Sequence record: NC_028840.1
Direction: 5' to 3' (one strand)
DNA from: Escherichia phage slur09
DNA length: 64,000 nucleotides
Part shown: positions 10,062-20,690 of the stretch, piece by piece
Layout: each line of letters opens with the position of its first letter
How positions within the stretch are numbered: position 1 is the first letter of the stretch
The notes under the pieces: generated by a model
Databases searched by the model: none
Seen by the model: only the letters and a program-made list of their open reading frames with translations
What the model was told of the DNA's origin: nothing
Made by a program: the position numbers and the translations under genes

Positions 10062-11414
10062 TTATGAGCTGTTGCCAAATGCAATTTTAGCTAATTGAAC
10101 TGCTTTCTCCGGAGTCATGGTAATAGTTTTCCACCCGTTGTTACGATATACTGCCATACGTCCAGAAGCCTGTCTTAGTCCAGTGCCCCCTTTCATAATT
10201 AGATCTACAACAATAGGGTCGAGTTTACCTTCAACAATACGTTGAACACGACCTGCAAGCTGTTCAATGAGAGACTCATTATTAATAAGACTTCCCATTA
10301 TTAAACAAGATAGCTCATTAAGGGAAATACCTTCAGAGAAGATACTCTGAGCTGCTGCAAGTACACAAGGTCCACCTTTTGCTATATCTTCCTGGATTTT
10401 TAATCGGTCATCTAAGGGGGTTGCCCCTATAATTTCATATGTTGTAACACCACGCTGTGCAAGAGCTTCTAGTACTGTTTGGATTAACTCTGTTCTATCG
10501 CTTACAATGAGTACTTTATGCCCCATATTCACGTATAAATGTGCTAGATTTATAATAGTCTCTCGATATTCAGGATGATTATATACATCGTTAGCACGTA
10601 ATGCCCATGGTACGTTTTGGTTCCCTGATAACTCAACAGGTACGGAGTACCTATGGATTGTAGGTGCAACAGTATTATTAACCGGTGGGCTAAAGATCTT
10701 ATATCCAAAGAAATCTTTGAACATAACTTGTAGACCATCTTTTCTTTTTAATGTTCCAGATAGTCCAATCTTATAGCGAGCACATGATATTTCTAGGAAG
10801 TTAGTGAAAGTTGTAGCCACACAATGGTGAACTTCATCAACTATAACAGTACCGAATACTTTAGAAAGATTATTCGCATGCTTATTCACTGTTTGAATAT
10901 TACTGACCACAATTGGTGGATCAATATTGTATTTCCCAGAACCTATGATACCAGGTTCAAACCCAAACCATTTACGAACTTCTGCTGCCCACATTTCACG
11001 AATGGATGTATTCGTACAGATTACCAAAGTTTTCTGGCCAAATTTATACGCAAGTGCAAGGGCTAGGATAGTTTTACCAAACCCAGGCTTACCATTAATA
11101 ATACAGGTATCATCGCACTCTTCATATATTGGGAGCTGGTCTTCTTCACGCAGCTTGAACTTAGGTTTTGGTATATCTACCGGAGCTAATGTACGTTTAT
11201 CTACTAATTCGTATTTTACTCCTTTAGCATCTAATAAATCCAGACGCGTGATAGGAATCCACTTAATCTCTTTAGCAACAACACCACTATTCTTATACAT
11301 AATAGGGTATTTACTAGTCATTGTCTCTATGTGATAGGTGGTTTGCTTACTACAATAATCCCAAAGTTCATCATCGGGCTTGAAATAGGCTTTATTAGAT
11401 ATAACAACCTTCAT
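10062..11414 (-). CDS. ATP-dependent DNA helicase (D10-like, SF2)
   Basis: 450 aa; Walker A GKPGFGKT, DEVHH box, helicase C-terminal motifs. Confidence 0.85.
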   Translation of the reverse strand: MKVVISNKAYFKPDDELWDYCSKQTTYHIETMTSKYPIMYKNSGVVAKEIKWIPITRLDLLDAKGVKYELVDKRTLAPVDIPKPKFKLREEDQLPIYEECDDTCIINGKPGFGKTILALALAYKFGQKTLVICTNTSIREMWAAEVRKWFGFEPGIIGSGKYNIDPPIVVSNIQTVNKHANNLSKVFGTVIVDEVHHCVATTFTNFLEISCARYKIGLSGTLKRKDGLQVMFKDFFGYKIFSPPVNNTVAPTIHRYSVPVELSGNQNVPWALRANDVYNHPEYRETIINLAHLYVNMGHKVLIVSDRTELIQTVLEALAQRGVTTYEIIGATPLDDRLKIQEDIAKGGPCVLAAAQSIFSEGISLNELSCLIMGSLINNESLIEQLAGRVQRIVEGKLDPIVVDLIMKGGTGLRQASGRMAVYRNNGWKTITMTPEKAVQLAKIAFGNSS

Positions 11415-11908
11415 AATTTTATTCTAAGTCTAGGAATTTCAGGCTCCTCTTGATGGACTTGATAAATAACAGGGCTATTATTTACCAGAATATAGCTTAT
11501 ATAAGCTGGAACATAGGATAATACAAATGGATATGGAACTTTAGCTACATAGCACTGGTATTTTCCGTTATAAATTCTAGCTGAATGCAAAACTTTAGAG
11601 GTAACAACATCATAGAACGTAGTTTTCTTCCAATTAATAAGATTTCCATCAGAATCTATAAATTGGCTACGCTTTGACCCAACTAATTGGGACAACATTG
11701 ATATTCTACCTCTAATAGGATAGAGCTTGTACGGTAATTCTTTCCGTTTCTCAAATAGAATAAGCCTACGTTGAGAAAACGTGCCAGGCAACTTCCTGTT
11801 ATCTAGCACATATTTATTATATCTTGTTGTAATTACGGAATAATCACCTTCTTGCTCAATTGATACAAACGCCCGTAACGCATAGACGGGCAATTTGAAA
11901 TCAAGCAC
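11411..11908 (-). CDS. hypothetical protein
   Basis: ORF track; start/stop overlaps with both neighbours (operon-like). Confidence 0.5.
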   Translation of the reverse strand: MLDFKLPVYALRAFVSIEQEGDYSVITTRYNKYVLDNRKLPGTFSQRRLILFEKRKELPYKLYPIRGRISMLSQLVGSKRSQFIDSDGNLINWKKTTFYDVVTSKVLHSARIYNGKYQCYVAKVPYPFVLSYVPAYISYILVNNSPVIYQVHQEEPEIPRLRIKL

Positions 11909-14468
11909 CGAGAATCCTTCTTACGTTATCCAAATCTTTACATACAGCAATAAACTTATCATCCTTGTATTTGCTATGATCTGGATGCTCTTTATCCATT
12001 GCAGCTAGTTTCTTATACTCGAAATCTGCATCAAGTAACACACCTTTGACATAACGAGTATATTCATCATCATCAATACAAGCGATTGATGGATGCTGCT
12101 TCTTCATCTTACCACAGGAATAGTCACGAGAACCTCCAGCCTCAGAATCAGAATCAATACCAATCGGACAGCCAGGAATACTGATACCACGGTCTTTCTG
12201 AATATTACGAATCAGGATTTCATTGTATTGGTCGATCAAATCCTCACGAACAATAGCAACTACGGAGTCATGAACCAGCATAACAATCTTCATCTCTTGT
12301 TCTAGGCCAAGAGAAATGATCTCATTATCTGCATCTACAGCACCTAAAAGTAGGCTATCAGAAGAAGCAGACTGAATGATTGCGTTAAATCCAGAACGAA
12401 TTTCTTCACCCTGAACACCACGGTCTTCGGAGTGGATATTATGCAGACGACGTTTACGACCAAAGTGACTGTAGATAAATCCATGATTCTTGATCTGATC
12501 ATGGCACTTATCAATCCAACGCTTAAGCTGCGGAAACTGACTGAAGTAAGTTTCAATGTACTCTTTAGCATCTGCAACAGTACACTCTACAAACGGTTCG
12601 CCTGTCTTAGCAGCCTGTTCCAGAAGAGCTTCGTTAACAGAATGAGCTACTTTAGCCGGGCCAGAACCGTACAAAATACCGAAGGTAATTGCCTTAGCAG
12701 CCTGACGCAGAGCTGGGAATAACTTTTTAACATCACGAGGCTCGCATTGGAGCTTAAATACCATGTGCGCGATGTTAGAATGGAAGTCCGGGTACTTATC
12801 AGGTTCATTTCTCATGTTGATAAATACCTGTTGCATATTTCTATCACCAGATAGAACAGCAGCATAATAAACTTCCGCAGTTGTTAAGTCCCACGCGATT
12901 ACACGATACCCTGGAGGAGCTACTACACAACCCTTGATAATAGATTCATCACGAGGTAACTGCTGCAGGTTCAGTTTACCAGAAGAACTCAGACGACCAG
13001 AAGTAGTCATGTGTTCGTGGAAACCAGTACGAATGCAACCATCAGCATCAATGCTCAGAAGAATCTTCTCAACATAAGTAGAGATCAGCTTAGTCAGCTT
13101 ACGAATCTCTAGCAGAGTCTTAGCAATTGGATGCTGCGTAGACAATTCGTTCAGAGCTTCTGCATCTGTAGAGTCTGCTCCAGTATCCGTCAATTTACCT
13201 GTTGGAGTTAAGCCAACATAATCAAACAGAAGAACACGGAGTTGTTTAACAGAGTTTGGGTTAAACGCTTCATTCTGATCTTTCTCTAGCTGAACTACTT
13301 CTGGATAAGTATACAGCTTCTCACGAGCTTTATTCAGATTATGGGTTAACTGGTACTGAGCTTCTTTTAAACGATCAATAGAAATTGGTACACCACGATC
13401 CTCAACACGCTGGAGAAATACACAACCAGGCATCAAAACATCATAATACAGACTGCAAAGTTTTTCGTTCTTCTCAATTTTTGGTAAGAAGAAGTTGTGC
13501 AAACGTATGGTGGCATCGGTATCTTTTGCAGCGTAAGGCCACATAATATCAAACGGAATTAAATCATAGGTGAAATCTTCTTTCTTGATTTTATGTGCTT
13601 TGCAGTAATCCTCTTTGAACTTATCTAGTTCGAAGTCATAGTCACCCATATCGGTGTACTTCATCGCTAGAGATTTCAAGCCATGAGTACCACGACGTTC
13701 ATCTAGAACATAGTGTTGCAACATGGTATCATGGAGCCTGCGTTCTTTATGCGCTTTATCAAAAGTAAGTCCCAGATGGTACTTATAAAAGTGCATATCA
13801 AACTTCAAGTTGTGAAAAACAATAGTGTGGTTTTCACTATCCAGAATTTTCTGGAGATAATATACCGCAACCTCTGTGAGGCAATCAGAATCTATATATA
13901 CACCCTGATACTCTTGGTGAGACATAGAAACACCGAGCAGATAACCATCTCGACAGTATAGTGCTGAGGTTTCGGAGTCGAATGCGACAGGTCCGATAAC
14001 CATATTATACACCATCTTGATATATTCTTCTGCCTCATCAGGGTCAGTAATAGGACGGTAATCACCAGCTTTTGCAATCTTCTCACGACCATTGATAATA
14101 TCGTGGATATTCTCTACTGTTGCATCAAAAACTGGTTTCATTTCAGGTTTAAAGTGTAACTGGGCTGGGCTGATACTCGCAATCCAGTTAGCATATCCAT
14201 TATATTCTACACGTTTACCGGTATAATCACCAATACCTTTCTTACCTGCAAAGTACAGGAAAGGTTCAGCACCTACTAGTATAACAAAATCATAATCATT
14301 CGGATCAAATGGGTTTTCTGGTGTTCCAATAGTAATGTGCTTTTTAAGCAAACGACCAGATAACTTCTCGTTACACATATGGAATACATCAACTTCCTCG
14401 CCGTATAGCTGGAAATGTTTATCATAACGAGTGTTGTTTAGAGCTTTATCAACTACTGCGATTTTCAA
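11901..14468 (-). CDS. DNA polymerase, family A, with 3'-5' exonuclease domain
   Basis: 855 aa; Pol A motifs (RRLHDTMLQHYVLDE..., KAITFGILYGSG, VHDSV) and exonuclease motifs. Confidence 0.92.
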   Translation of the reverse strand: MKIAVVDKALNNTRYDKHFQLYGEEVDVFHMCNEKLSGRLLKKHITIGTPENPFDPNDYDFVILVGAEPFLYFAGKKGIGDYTGKRVEYNGYANWIASISPAQLHFKPEMKPVFDATVENIHDIINGREKIAKAGDYRPITDPDEAEEYIKMVYNMVIGPVAFDSETSALYCRDGYLLGVSMSHQEYQGVYIDSDCLTEVAVYYLQKILDSENHTIVFHNLKFDMHFYKYHLGLTFDKAHKERRLHDTMLQHYVLDERRGTHGLKSLAMKYTDMGDYDFELDKFKEDYCKAHKIKKEDFTYDLIPFDIMWPYAAKDTDATIRLHNFFLPKIEKNEKLCSLYYDVLMPGCVFLQRVEDRGVPISIDRLKEAQYQLTHNLNKAREKLYTYPEVVQLEKDQNEAFNPNSVKQLRVLLFDYVGLTPTGKLTDTGADSTDAEALNELSTQHPIAKTLLEIRKLTKLISTYVEKILLSIDADGCIRTGFHEHMTTSGRLSSSGKLNLQQLPRDESIIKGCVVAPPGYRVIAWDLTTAEVYYAAVLSGDRNMQQVFINMRNEPDKYPDFHSNIAHMVFKLQCEPRDVKKLFPALRQAAKAITFGILYGSGPAKVAHSVNEALLEQAAKTGEPFVECTVADAKEYIETYFSQFPQLKRWIDKCHDQIKNHGFIYSHFGRKRRLHNIHSEDRGVQGEEIRSGFNAIIQSASSDSLLLGAVDADNEIISLGLEQEMKIVMLVHDSVVAIVREDLIDQYNEILIRNIQKDRGISIPGCPIGIDSDSEAGGSRDYSCGKMKKQHPSIACIDDDEYTRYVKGVLLDADFEYKKLAAMDKEHPDHSKYKDDKFIAVCKDLDNVRRILGA

Positions 14469-14529
14469 ATTTAATCTCCTCTTGGTAAGTAAGTATAACT
14501 TCAGTGTTTCTTCTCTAACTTACCAATAT

Positions 14530-14558
14530 ATTATATCAAAATATTGGGATAATAGCAA
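14530..14558 (-). promoter_or_regulatory. T5-type early promoter (minus strand) upstream of the DNA polymerase gene
   Basis: rc TTGCTA-N17-TATAAT. Confidence 0.55.
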
Positions 14559-14561
14559 ATA

Positions 14562-14891
14562 CTATTTATAGGTGTGAAGTAATTTACGCATTTCATTGCG
14601 CTGCTTTTCTAGTACCCGAAATTCTTCATCTATACGCAGAAAAGCATCTAGCGCTTTCATAGATTGCTCAGTATTTTCTACAACAGCCCAATCATATGTT
14701 AGGTATACCTCTTGACCTGTATCTTTTACTTTAAAGTAAATATAAGATGCAGGTAATTTAGGATCACCAAATAAATGGAAATTCTTTCGTTTATTAAGGG
14801 ACTCCAGTGTTGTAAACCGCTCTAGTTTAACCTCTTTGTGTGTTATACTATCATACACTGGAACATCCGCATAAATATATACATATTCCAT
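14562..14891 (-). CDS. hypothetical protein
   Basis: ORF track, 109 aa. Confidence 0.5.
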   Translation of the reverse strand: MEYVYIYADVPVYDSITHKEVKLERFTTLESLNKRKNFHLFGDPKLPASYIYFKVKDTGQEVYLTYDWAVVENTEQSMKALDAFLRIDEEFRVLEKQRNEMRKLLHTYK

Positions 14892-14917
14892 AGTAGCTCC
14901 TCAGTTATTTAGGACTA

Positions 14918-15808
14918 TTATACCAAATCTTTAAGCGATTCAGCAACTAAAATTTCAATACGTTTTGCTAACATATCAATTTCTTCTTTATTTAAGTCAC
15001 CTGGGTCTTTACCTTCAGGCAGAAGAAAGTTAGCAACTACAGGTGTTAAACGCGTTTTTGTACGAATTAGCTTAGCCAGTGCTTGTGCAGCTTTATTACC
15101 AGAAGCATCATTATCTAGTAAGATAACAACAACTTTAACACCAGCAATAATATACGGACTGAACTTATCTGCAATGTTGTCTGAAGTAAACTGATGTGTA
15201 CCAAAGCAACAAGAAGCATAGTCTATACCATTATCCTCTAGATTCAGCATATCAAAGATACCTTCAACTAGAATAAGAACTGGAGTATTATATCGTACAG
15301 GAAAAATTGGCGGTGAAACTTGTTTTGGTTTTACTAGGTATTTAGGAGGGGCAGAACTGTTTATAGAACGACCCAAAAATAGGATATTGCGTCCAACAGC
15401 ATCTGTGATTGGGAATACAATTCTGCCTTCCCAGTCTGCTTGGTGTTGGAAAGCAAAATATTTCTTCAAGGTCTTAGAACTTATACCTCGGAAATCACCT
15501 TCGAAAAGGTAAGCAGATTCAGGAATTGCAAGATTCGTAGATCCATTCCTAATCTCTGAAATCTTTTTACGTACCTGTGCTAGTCTTGGGGACTGTCGGT
15601 ACTGAGTCTCATTAAAATAATGGTAAATGCTCGGTATACCTTTACCGAAGCCACAACTCAAGCAGTGCATAATACCTGTTTCAGGATCAATACGCAAACT
15701 TGGGTGTTTATCGTCATGATCTGGATTGAGACAACAGATTAAAATATCTCCACCAGTATCTTTATACTCAATTCCCTTAAGATCAAGTAATTCTGTTATT
15801 CGACTCAT
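14918..15808 (-). CDS. DNA primase (CHC2 zinc finger plus Toprim)
   Basis: 296 aa; CLNPDHDDKHPSLRIDPETGIMHCLSCG zinc finger; Toprim-like acidic motifs (LVEGIFDMLNL, ILLDNDASG). Confidence 0.8.
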   Translation of the reverse strand: MSRITELLDLKGIEYKDTGGDILICCLNPDHDDKHPSLRIDPETGIMHCLSCGFGKGIPSIYHYFNETQYRQSPRLAQVRKKISEIRNGSTNLAIPESAYLFEGDFRGISSKTLKKYFAFQHQADWEGRIVFPITDAVGRNILFLGRSINSSAPPKYLVKPKQVSPPIFPVRYNTPVLILVEGIFDMLNLEDNGIDYASCCFGTHQFTSDNIADKFSPYIIAGVKVVVILLDNDASGNKAAQALAKLIRTKTRLTPVVANFLLPEGKDPGDLNKEEIDMLAKRIEILVAESLKDLV

Positions 15809-16338
15809 GAATTTAACTCCTCCAGTGAAGGATAATTAGATGTATCAAAAATTTCTATAACAGCACGTTCTCCATGTAACTTAGTCCTTAATATATTTGC
15901 TGAATTTACAGCTAGCTCTAGCTCTTCATGCTTAAATCTGCCACCATTTTTAAGAGTGCTATTAGAGTCTCTTACTTGAACTCTCCATCTTTGTTTTTCG
16001 GTATCCCAAGCAACTCCCAAATATCCAGACTTACTACATGCGGTTTTATTTCTACTATTTTCCTGAGCTGTGGCGTCTCTTAGATTACACCACCTATTAT
16101 CAAAAGGTATTCTGTTTACATGGTCTACTTTTTTCGGCAATGTATTTTCCATAAATAGAAAAGCCATCCGATGGGCTTTGTAATCCTTGCCATCTATACC
16201 AATAATTATATAACCGTTAGAGTCTTTTCTGGTTATTATACTACCAGCTTTCTGATTACCTCTAGATACTTTTCTAGTAAACTCCCCAGTTTCTGGGGAG
16301 TAATCAAATAACTCTTTTAGCCTTTCCTGTGTTATCAT
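15805..16338 (-). CDS. HNH-family homing endonuclease
   Basis: 177 aa; N-terminus MITQERLKELFDYSPETGEFTRKVS homologous to 8277..8753 and 63464..64000. Confidence 0.7.
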   Translation of the reverse strand: MITQERLKELFDYSPETGEFTRKVSRGNQKAGSIITRKDSNGYIIIGIDGKDYKAHRMAFLFMENTLPKKVDHVNRIPFDNRWCNLRDATAQENSRNKTACSKSGYLGVAWDTEKQRWRVQVRDSNSTLKNGGRFKHEELELAVNSANILRTKLHGERAVIEIFDTSNYPSLEELNS

Positions 16339-17807
16339 ATATCGCTGGCCTGTTCACCTGTTGAATTTTCAGCTTTGTCTTTCTTAGCACGTTTAGATTG
16401 AGCCGGCTTATCCTTCTCAATAGGGATAACGAACTCAGCTTCCATTTGAGATATATCTTCCATTGCTAGGTTGGTAGTGTTATCCATCCGCAGGGTTTCC
16501 CAGTTCATTTTAGGCATAAACTTCACGCTATCAGAAGAACGAGTCTTAACGAAGTCAAACATAATAGCACCTTGACCATTATCAGCTTTTGCAGCATTAA
16601 GATTAGCAGCCATGTCTGCGGAATCAAGAATCCCCTTTGACATACGTGTTCTACCATCTTGATCAATCTGGTAAGGAGCTACACCAGCCACGTTATGTTT
16701 CTGGCAGATAGATTTGAAAGACGAGCTAACAACCATCTGTTCTTTCCAGTCATACATATCAATGGTTTTAGAGTCTGGAAGTCGGGTTTGGTTAATATAG
16801 TCCAGTAAAGCTACTGTAACTTTATCCCCATATCTAGCAACTAATTTATTTAATTCTACGTCAACTGTTGTAATAGACAGCTCAGGGTCATAAACAATAA
16901 TCATAGGAGTATGTAGCTCATACCCTTCTATTAGCTTACTCTCCATATCGTAGAAATCACTCATCTTAGCCATTGTATACTGTTTAACGAAGTTATCGAA
17001 AAGCTCTTCACCACCGTTAAACATCCTAGCTCTAGTTCTGGCTAATCTCAACAGAGCTGCACCTTCTAGAGTATTATTACGCATTGCTAGTGCTGATACA
17101 CCAGCTAACATAGCTAGATTACGTCTAAATACTTCATGTTCTTTCATCTCAATTGAGAAGTATGGAGCAATATCTCCATTCAAATATTGCTGAACCTGTA
17201 TGTTTGAACAGATAATGGATTTACCAGTACCACGCCAACCACCAAGCAGTAACGTTTCTGTGCGAGCTAAACCAATTTGAGCGTCGAACTCATTACAAAT
17301 ACCAAGAGCGATTAAGTTCAGTTTGGTATCTTCTTCTCTCTGGAAAATACGCATGTTATCTGCGTTGAATACTTTTCCAGTATTCGTTACTTTCTCTTCT
17401 AATTTTAAGTGAAGGGAGGCAACTCGGTTAAGAATTTCTCCCTGATCCAGCATTGTTAAATCTTGAAGCACGTCTGTTTCTAGAAGCTTCAGGAATAAAT
17501 CCTGTGTATACTCGGCCTCTAGGACTTCAAGTGCCTGTTCCATGCTAACTTCTGGAATTTGAGTGTTAGCTAAAACGACTAGAGCTTGAGAAAGGCGGGC
17601 GTTCCTATTAGCCTCAAGCATCAGTGCGTCAATGGACGGCATTGTGTTATATTTTTTATAATAATTCTGGACGGCTTGGTAAATTGAGGAGAAAGCGTCA
17701 TTAAAATGATCTTTATGCAGTTTTGAGAATGTTTCCAATGCTATTTGCTTCTGTTCAGAAGCGAGAAGCATCTTCAACACTACAGCTTGCACGTTAAACA
17801 AGGTCAT
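16335..17807 (-). CDS. DnaB-like replicative helicase
   Basis: Walker A GGWRGTGKS; start set at the internal ATG preceded by AGGAGA RBS (ORF track extends to 17858). Confidence 0.75.
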   Translation of the reverse strand: MTLFNVQAVVLKMLLASEQKQIALETFSKLHKDHFNDAFSSIYQAVQNYYKKYNTMPSIDALMLEANRNARLSQALVVLANTQIPEVSMEQALEVLEAEYTQDLFLKLLETDVLQDLTMLDQGEILNRVASLHLKLEEKVTNTGKVFNADNMRIFQREEDTKLNLIALGICNEFDAQIGLARTETLLLGGWRGTGKSIICSNIQVQQYLNGDIAPYFSIEMKEHEVFRRNLAMLAGVSALAMRNNTLEGAALLRLARTRARMFNGGEELFDNFVKQYTMAKMSDFYDMESKLIEGYELHTPMIIVYDPELSITTVDVELNKLVARYGDKVTVALLDYINQTRLPDSKTIDMYDWKEQMVVSSSFKSICQKHNVAGVAPYQIDQDGRTRMSKGILDSADMAANLNAAKADNGQGAIMFDFVKTRSSDSVKFMPKMNWETLRMDNTTNLAMEDISQMEAEFVIPIEKDKPAQSKRAKKDKAENSTGEQASDI

Positions 17808-17889
17808 TCTCCTTTGCACGCTTTCGTGCCTTCTAAATGCAAAAAGGGGAAGGAGCATAGCCCCCTCCCCTTAGGTTTAATTTACCAGA

Positions 17890-18657
17890 TTATTCAGCAG
17901 CCGCAGCTTTTGCATCCAGTTTAGCACGCTTAGCGGCACCATCATAGTCCTTAGCAACCAGACCACGACGAGACAGCATAGATTTAACACCGCGCTCAGA
18001 TTTACCAGTTTTCTCAGCGATCTCAGCAACAGTCATGTTAACCAGATCCAGACCTTCTAACAGATCTTCACGAGTTTTAGCACTTGAGGTTTCCTGTACC
18101 GGCATAGCAGCGATACGACCTTCACGAAGCAAACTCAGAGCTTTACCACGGATCTGCTTAATATTGCGACCGAAGTGAGCAGCGATAGCTTCAATAGTAG
18201 CACCAGCAATAACCTGATTAACAAAATCAGTTTCTTCATCCGGAGTGAAGGAACGAACAGCAGCAGCTTTTTCAGTTGGTTTAACAGAAGCAGTCATTTC
18301 CAGACTCAGGATCTTACCCTGTACCTGTTTAGCACCGAACTGACCACCAGCTACAGCAGCAGCGATTTCAGCATAGGTATACTGACCAGCATGAGCGTTC
18401 AGGAAATCAACCAGTTCAGCTTCCTGCTCAGGAGTCCACGGGGATTTCTGTACTTCGTTAGCTTTCTGTACTTCAAAACCTTCTTTACGCAGTTTAGAGC
18501 CAACAGAGCGAGCAGTAACATCTTTGCCAGTTTCAGCAGCCAGTTCAGTAGCGATAGCAGCTACTTGTTCTTGAGAGATTACAGAAACACCCAGAGCAGT
18601 GGCTTTTGCTTTCAGAGACTCGGTTACACCTTCTACGTTCCAGTTCAGTTTAGACAT
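17890..18657 (-). CDS. putative DNA-binding protein (D5-like) with internal repeats
   Basis: 255 aa; Ala/Lys-rich with repeated ...IRGKALSLL... segments. Confidence 0.5.
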   Translation of the reverse strand: MSKLNWNVEGVTESLKAKATALGVSVISQEQVAAIATELAAETGKDVTARSVGSKLRKEGFEVQKANEVQKSPWTPEQEAELVDFLNAHAGQYTYAEIAAAVAGGQFGAKQVQGKILSLEMTASVKPTEKAAAVRSFTPDEETDFVNQVIAGATIEAIAAHFGRNIKQIRGKALSLLREGRIAAMPVQETSSAKTREDLLEGLDLVNMTVAEIAEKTGKSERGVKSMLSRRGLVAKDYDGAAKRAKLDAKAAAAE

Positions 18658-19432
18658 TATTATTTTTCTCCAATAGTTCTTTAATCGACAGGATTTCTAT
18701 CCCATTCATTTCGGCTTTCTTATAAGATGAGGAAGAACGTTTTGATTCATCCTCACAGATTAGGTATTTGACGTCTTTGGTAACGGATTTCTTAACCGTA
18801 TATCCTAGACCTTCTAAATAGTTTGTTGCATCCGTTCTATTTGCAAAACCTTGCAAAGATCCGGTAATACATACTGTGATTCCGTTTGGCTGGGCAACTA
18901 AATCATCAGTAATGATAATATTAGCTTTTGCACCTCTGATACCAGTTGAGAATTTCCACGGTAATTCGATAACATCCTTGCCTTGTGGGGAATTTAGCCA
19001 GGCTTTATAGTTTTCTCCAGCCTTGCCGTCAGCCTTCACATCGTGGAAGCTAGTGCAATTTTGGGATAATTTCTTTGCTGCAACCTCTCCAATTAGAGGG
19101 ATTCCTAAAGAACCGAGAACTGAACCAAAGTCAATGTCTCCGCGAACTTTAGTATTTAATTCGCTAATTAACTTAGCGGCAACCTTGCTACCCACGGCTC
19201 TAACCAAATCTTCTTCGGTTAGGTAAAATAGTTCTGAAATCTTCGTCAGCTCCAGCTTCTCAATAGTTTTTGGACCAAAGCCCTTTAACTTCATTTTTGT
19301 ACAGAAGTTCTCAATTAACTTACTTGATTGCGCTGGACAGTTGGACTTATTCCGACAGAATAATTGTCCGTTGACAAGATCTAGCTTAGAACCACAAGAG
19401 GGACATTGTGTTGGAATTTCGATTTTCATCAA
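18650..19432 (-). CDS. ligB: NAD-dependent DNA ligase, C-terminal subunit (Zn finger-HhH-BRCT)
   Basis: 260 aa; CPSCGSKLDLVNGQLFCRN...CP zinc finger followed by HhH and BRCT-like region. Confidence 0.85.
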   Translation of the reverse strand: MMKIEIPTQCPSCGSKLDLVNGQLFCRNKSNCPAQSSKLIENFCTKMKLKGFGPKTIEKLELTKISELFYLTEEDLVRAVGSKVAAKLISELNTKVRGDIDFGSVLGSLGIPLIGEVAAKKLSQNCTSFHDVKADGKAGENYKAWLNSPQGKDVIELPWKFSTGIRGAKANIIITDDLVAQPNGITVCITGSLQGFANRTDATNYLEGLGYTVKKSVTKDVKYLICEDESKRSSSSYKKAEMNGIEILSIKELLEKNNNV

Positions 19433-19459
19433 ATTTCTTCCTTATCAATTTATATAAAT

Positions 19460-19488
19460 ATTATAGCAAGTATTTAAGCATTTAGCAA
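19460..19488 (-). promoter_or_regulatory. T5-type promoter (minus strand) between the two ligase ORFs
   Basis: rc TTGCTA-N17-TATAAT in the roughly 200-bp spacer. Confidence 0.6.
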
Positions 19489-19631
19489 CTACAATTTTAA
19501 CTAACTTTGCTTACCCTCACCATAACTTTCTATCCCTCAACTGAATGATAATAGTATATACCTAAGCGGCGAAAATGTCAATAACCACTTTATAATTCCG
19601 ATATGGTAGATGGGTAGCAAAGGGTTATGTA

Positions 19632-20603
19632 TTAATCGTATACTCGCTCTACTATGCACGGGATTACACCACCAGCACGAATCACTCGAATCTGGCAACC
19701 GATCTCTAGATCAAGAGAGTTAATATAATCAACGTTATTAAGAGTCGCTTTAACAATTGTAGCATCATCAATAATTACCGGTTCGAAATAACCAACTGGA
19801 GTTACTTTACCAGAAGCCCCTACCTGCCATTCAACTTTAGTAAGAGTTGTAATCTCGCCTTCTTCATCCTCTTTAATAGCGAATGCTCCACGAGGGAATT
19901 TATTAGTCCAGCCTTCGCGGAAGAATTTGTTGTTATCATTAATACGAACAACTTTACCGTCCGTCGGAATCCATTTAAAGAAGGAACGCACATTAACAAC
20001 TGTTAAGAAGTTCTCATTCTCCAGCCAAAGCATATCTTTTAAATATGCTTCTGTAATACCTACAGATTCAGCAGAACACTGGATACCATATGCAACGAAG
20101 ATTAAACCACCTTCCCCGATACGTTGTACGAAATCATCGCTATCTTTTAGGTTAATAGCACCAGAGGCAAAGTTACGTTTATTTTCTACTTCTTTTGTAA
20201 TTAGAACTTCACCAGTGATTTGAGTAGGTATTTTTTGGGAAATCTTTTTAGGGATATTCAGCAATCTTACGTTGCTTGTGACATCATTTCCCAGAATACC
20301 ATTGCCACGAGTTAGTGCTTGAACAAATTCTCCATTAATATATAACAGAGAAATCGCACAACCATCTAACTTATCAGTTTCTACCTGACCTAATGGGTTG
20401 AATGGGGGTTTATCTCCACGATTATAATAAACTTTCTGTAAAGAATACATACGATATAGATGTGGAATATCACCCTTAGGTCCGATCTCTTCTTCTAATG
20501 GGAAGCGTTTTACCAGGCAATCATACTCCTCATCAGAGATTAAAGACATACCTTGATAATATGCTTCTTGACAGCGTTTAATAAAGTCTTTTACATTAGT
20601 CAT
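19632..20603 (-). CDS. ligA: NAD-dependent DNA ligase, N-terminal subunit (adenylation and OB domains)
   Basis: 323 aa; KLDG adenylation motif (ETDKLDGCAISLLY) and LigA-type adenylation domain. Confidence 0.85.
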   Translation of the reverse strand: MTNVKDFIKRCQEAYYQGMSLISDEEYDCLVKRFPLEEEIGPKGDIPHLYRMYSLQKVYYNRGDKPPFNPLGQVETDKLDGCAISLLYINGEFVQALTRGNGILGNDVTSNVRLLNIPKKISQKIPTQITGEVLITKEVENKRNFASGAINLKDSDDFVQRIGEGGLIFVAYGIQCSAESVGITEAYLKDMLWLENENFLTVVNVRSFFKWIPTDGKVVRINDNNKFFREGWTNKFPRGAFAIKEDEEGEITTLTKVEWQVGASGKVTPVGYFEPVIIDDATIVKATLNNVDYINSLDLEIGCQIRVIRAGGVIPCIVERVYD

Positions 20604-20634
20604 TTATTTATATCTCTCATCAATTTATATAAAT

Positions 20635-20663
20635 ATTATATAATAAAACTGAGTTGAAAGCAA
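20635..20663 (-). promoter_or_regulatory. T5-type promoter (minus strand) upstream of ligA
   Basis: rc TTGCTT-N17-TATAAT. Confidence 0.55.
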
Positions 20664-20690
20664 ATACATTTATAAAGAAAAAGCCAAGAA

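Noticed and set aside
322-14092. Many short antisense or alternative-frame ORFs inside large genes (for example 322..522, 1091..1273, 2382..2669, 5795..6373, 8947..9582, 10927..11334, 12093..12305, 13713..13961)
   Set aside because: Each is fully embedded in a longer ORF with clear conserved enzyme motifs, so the short ORFs are most likely non-coding.
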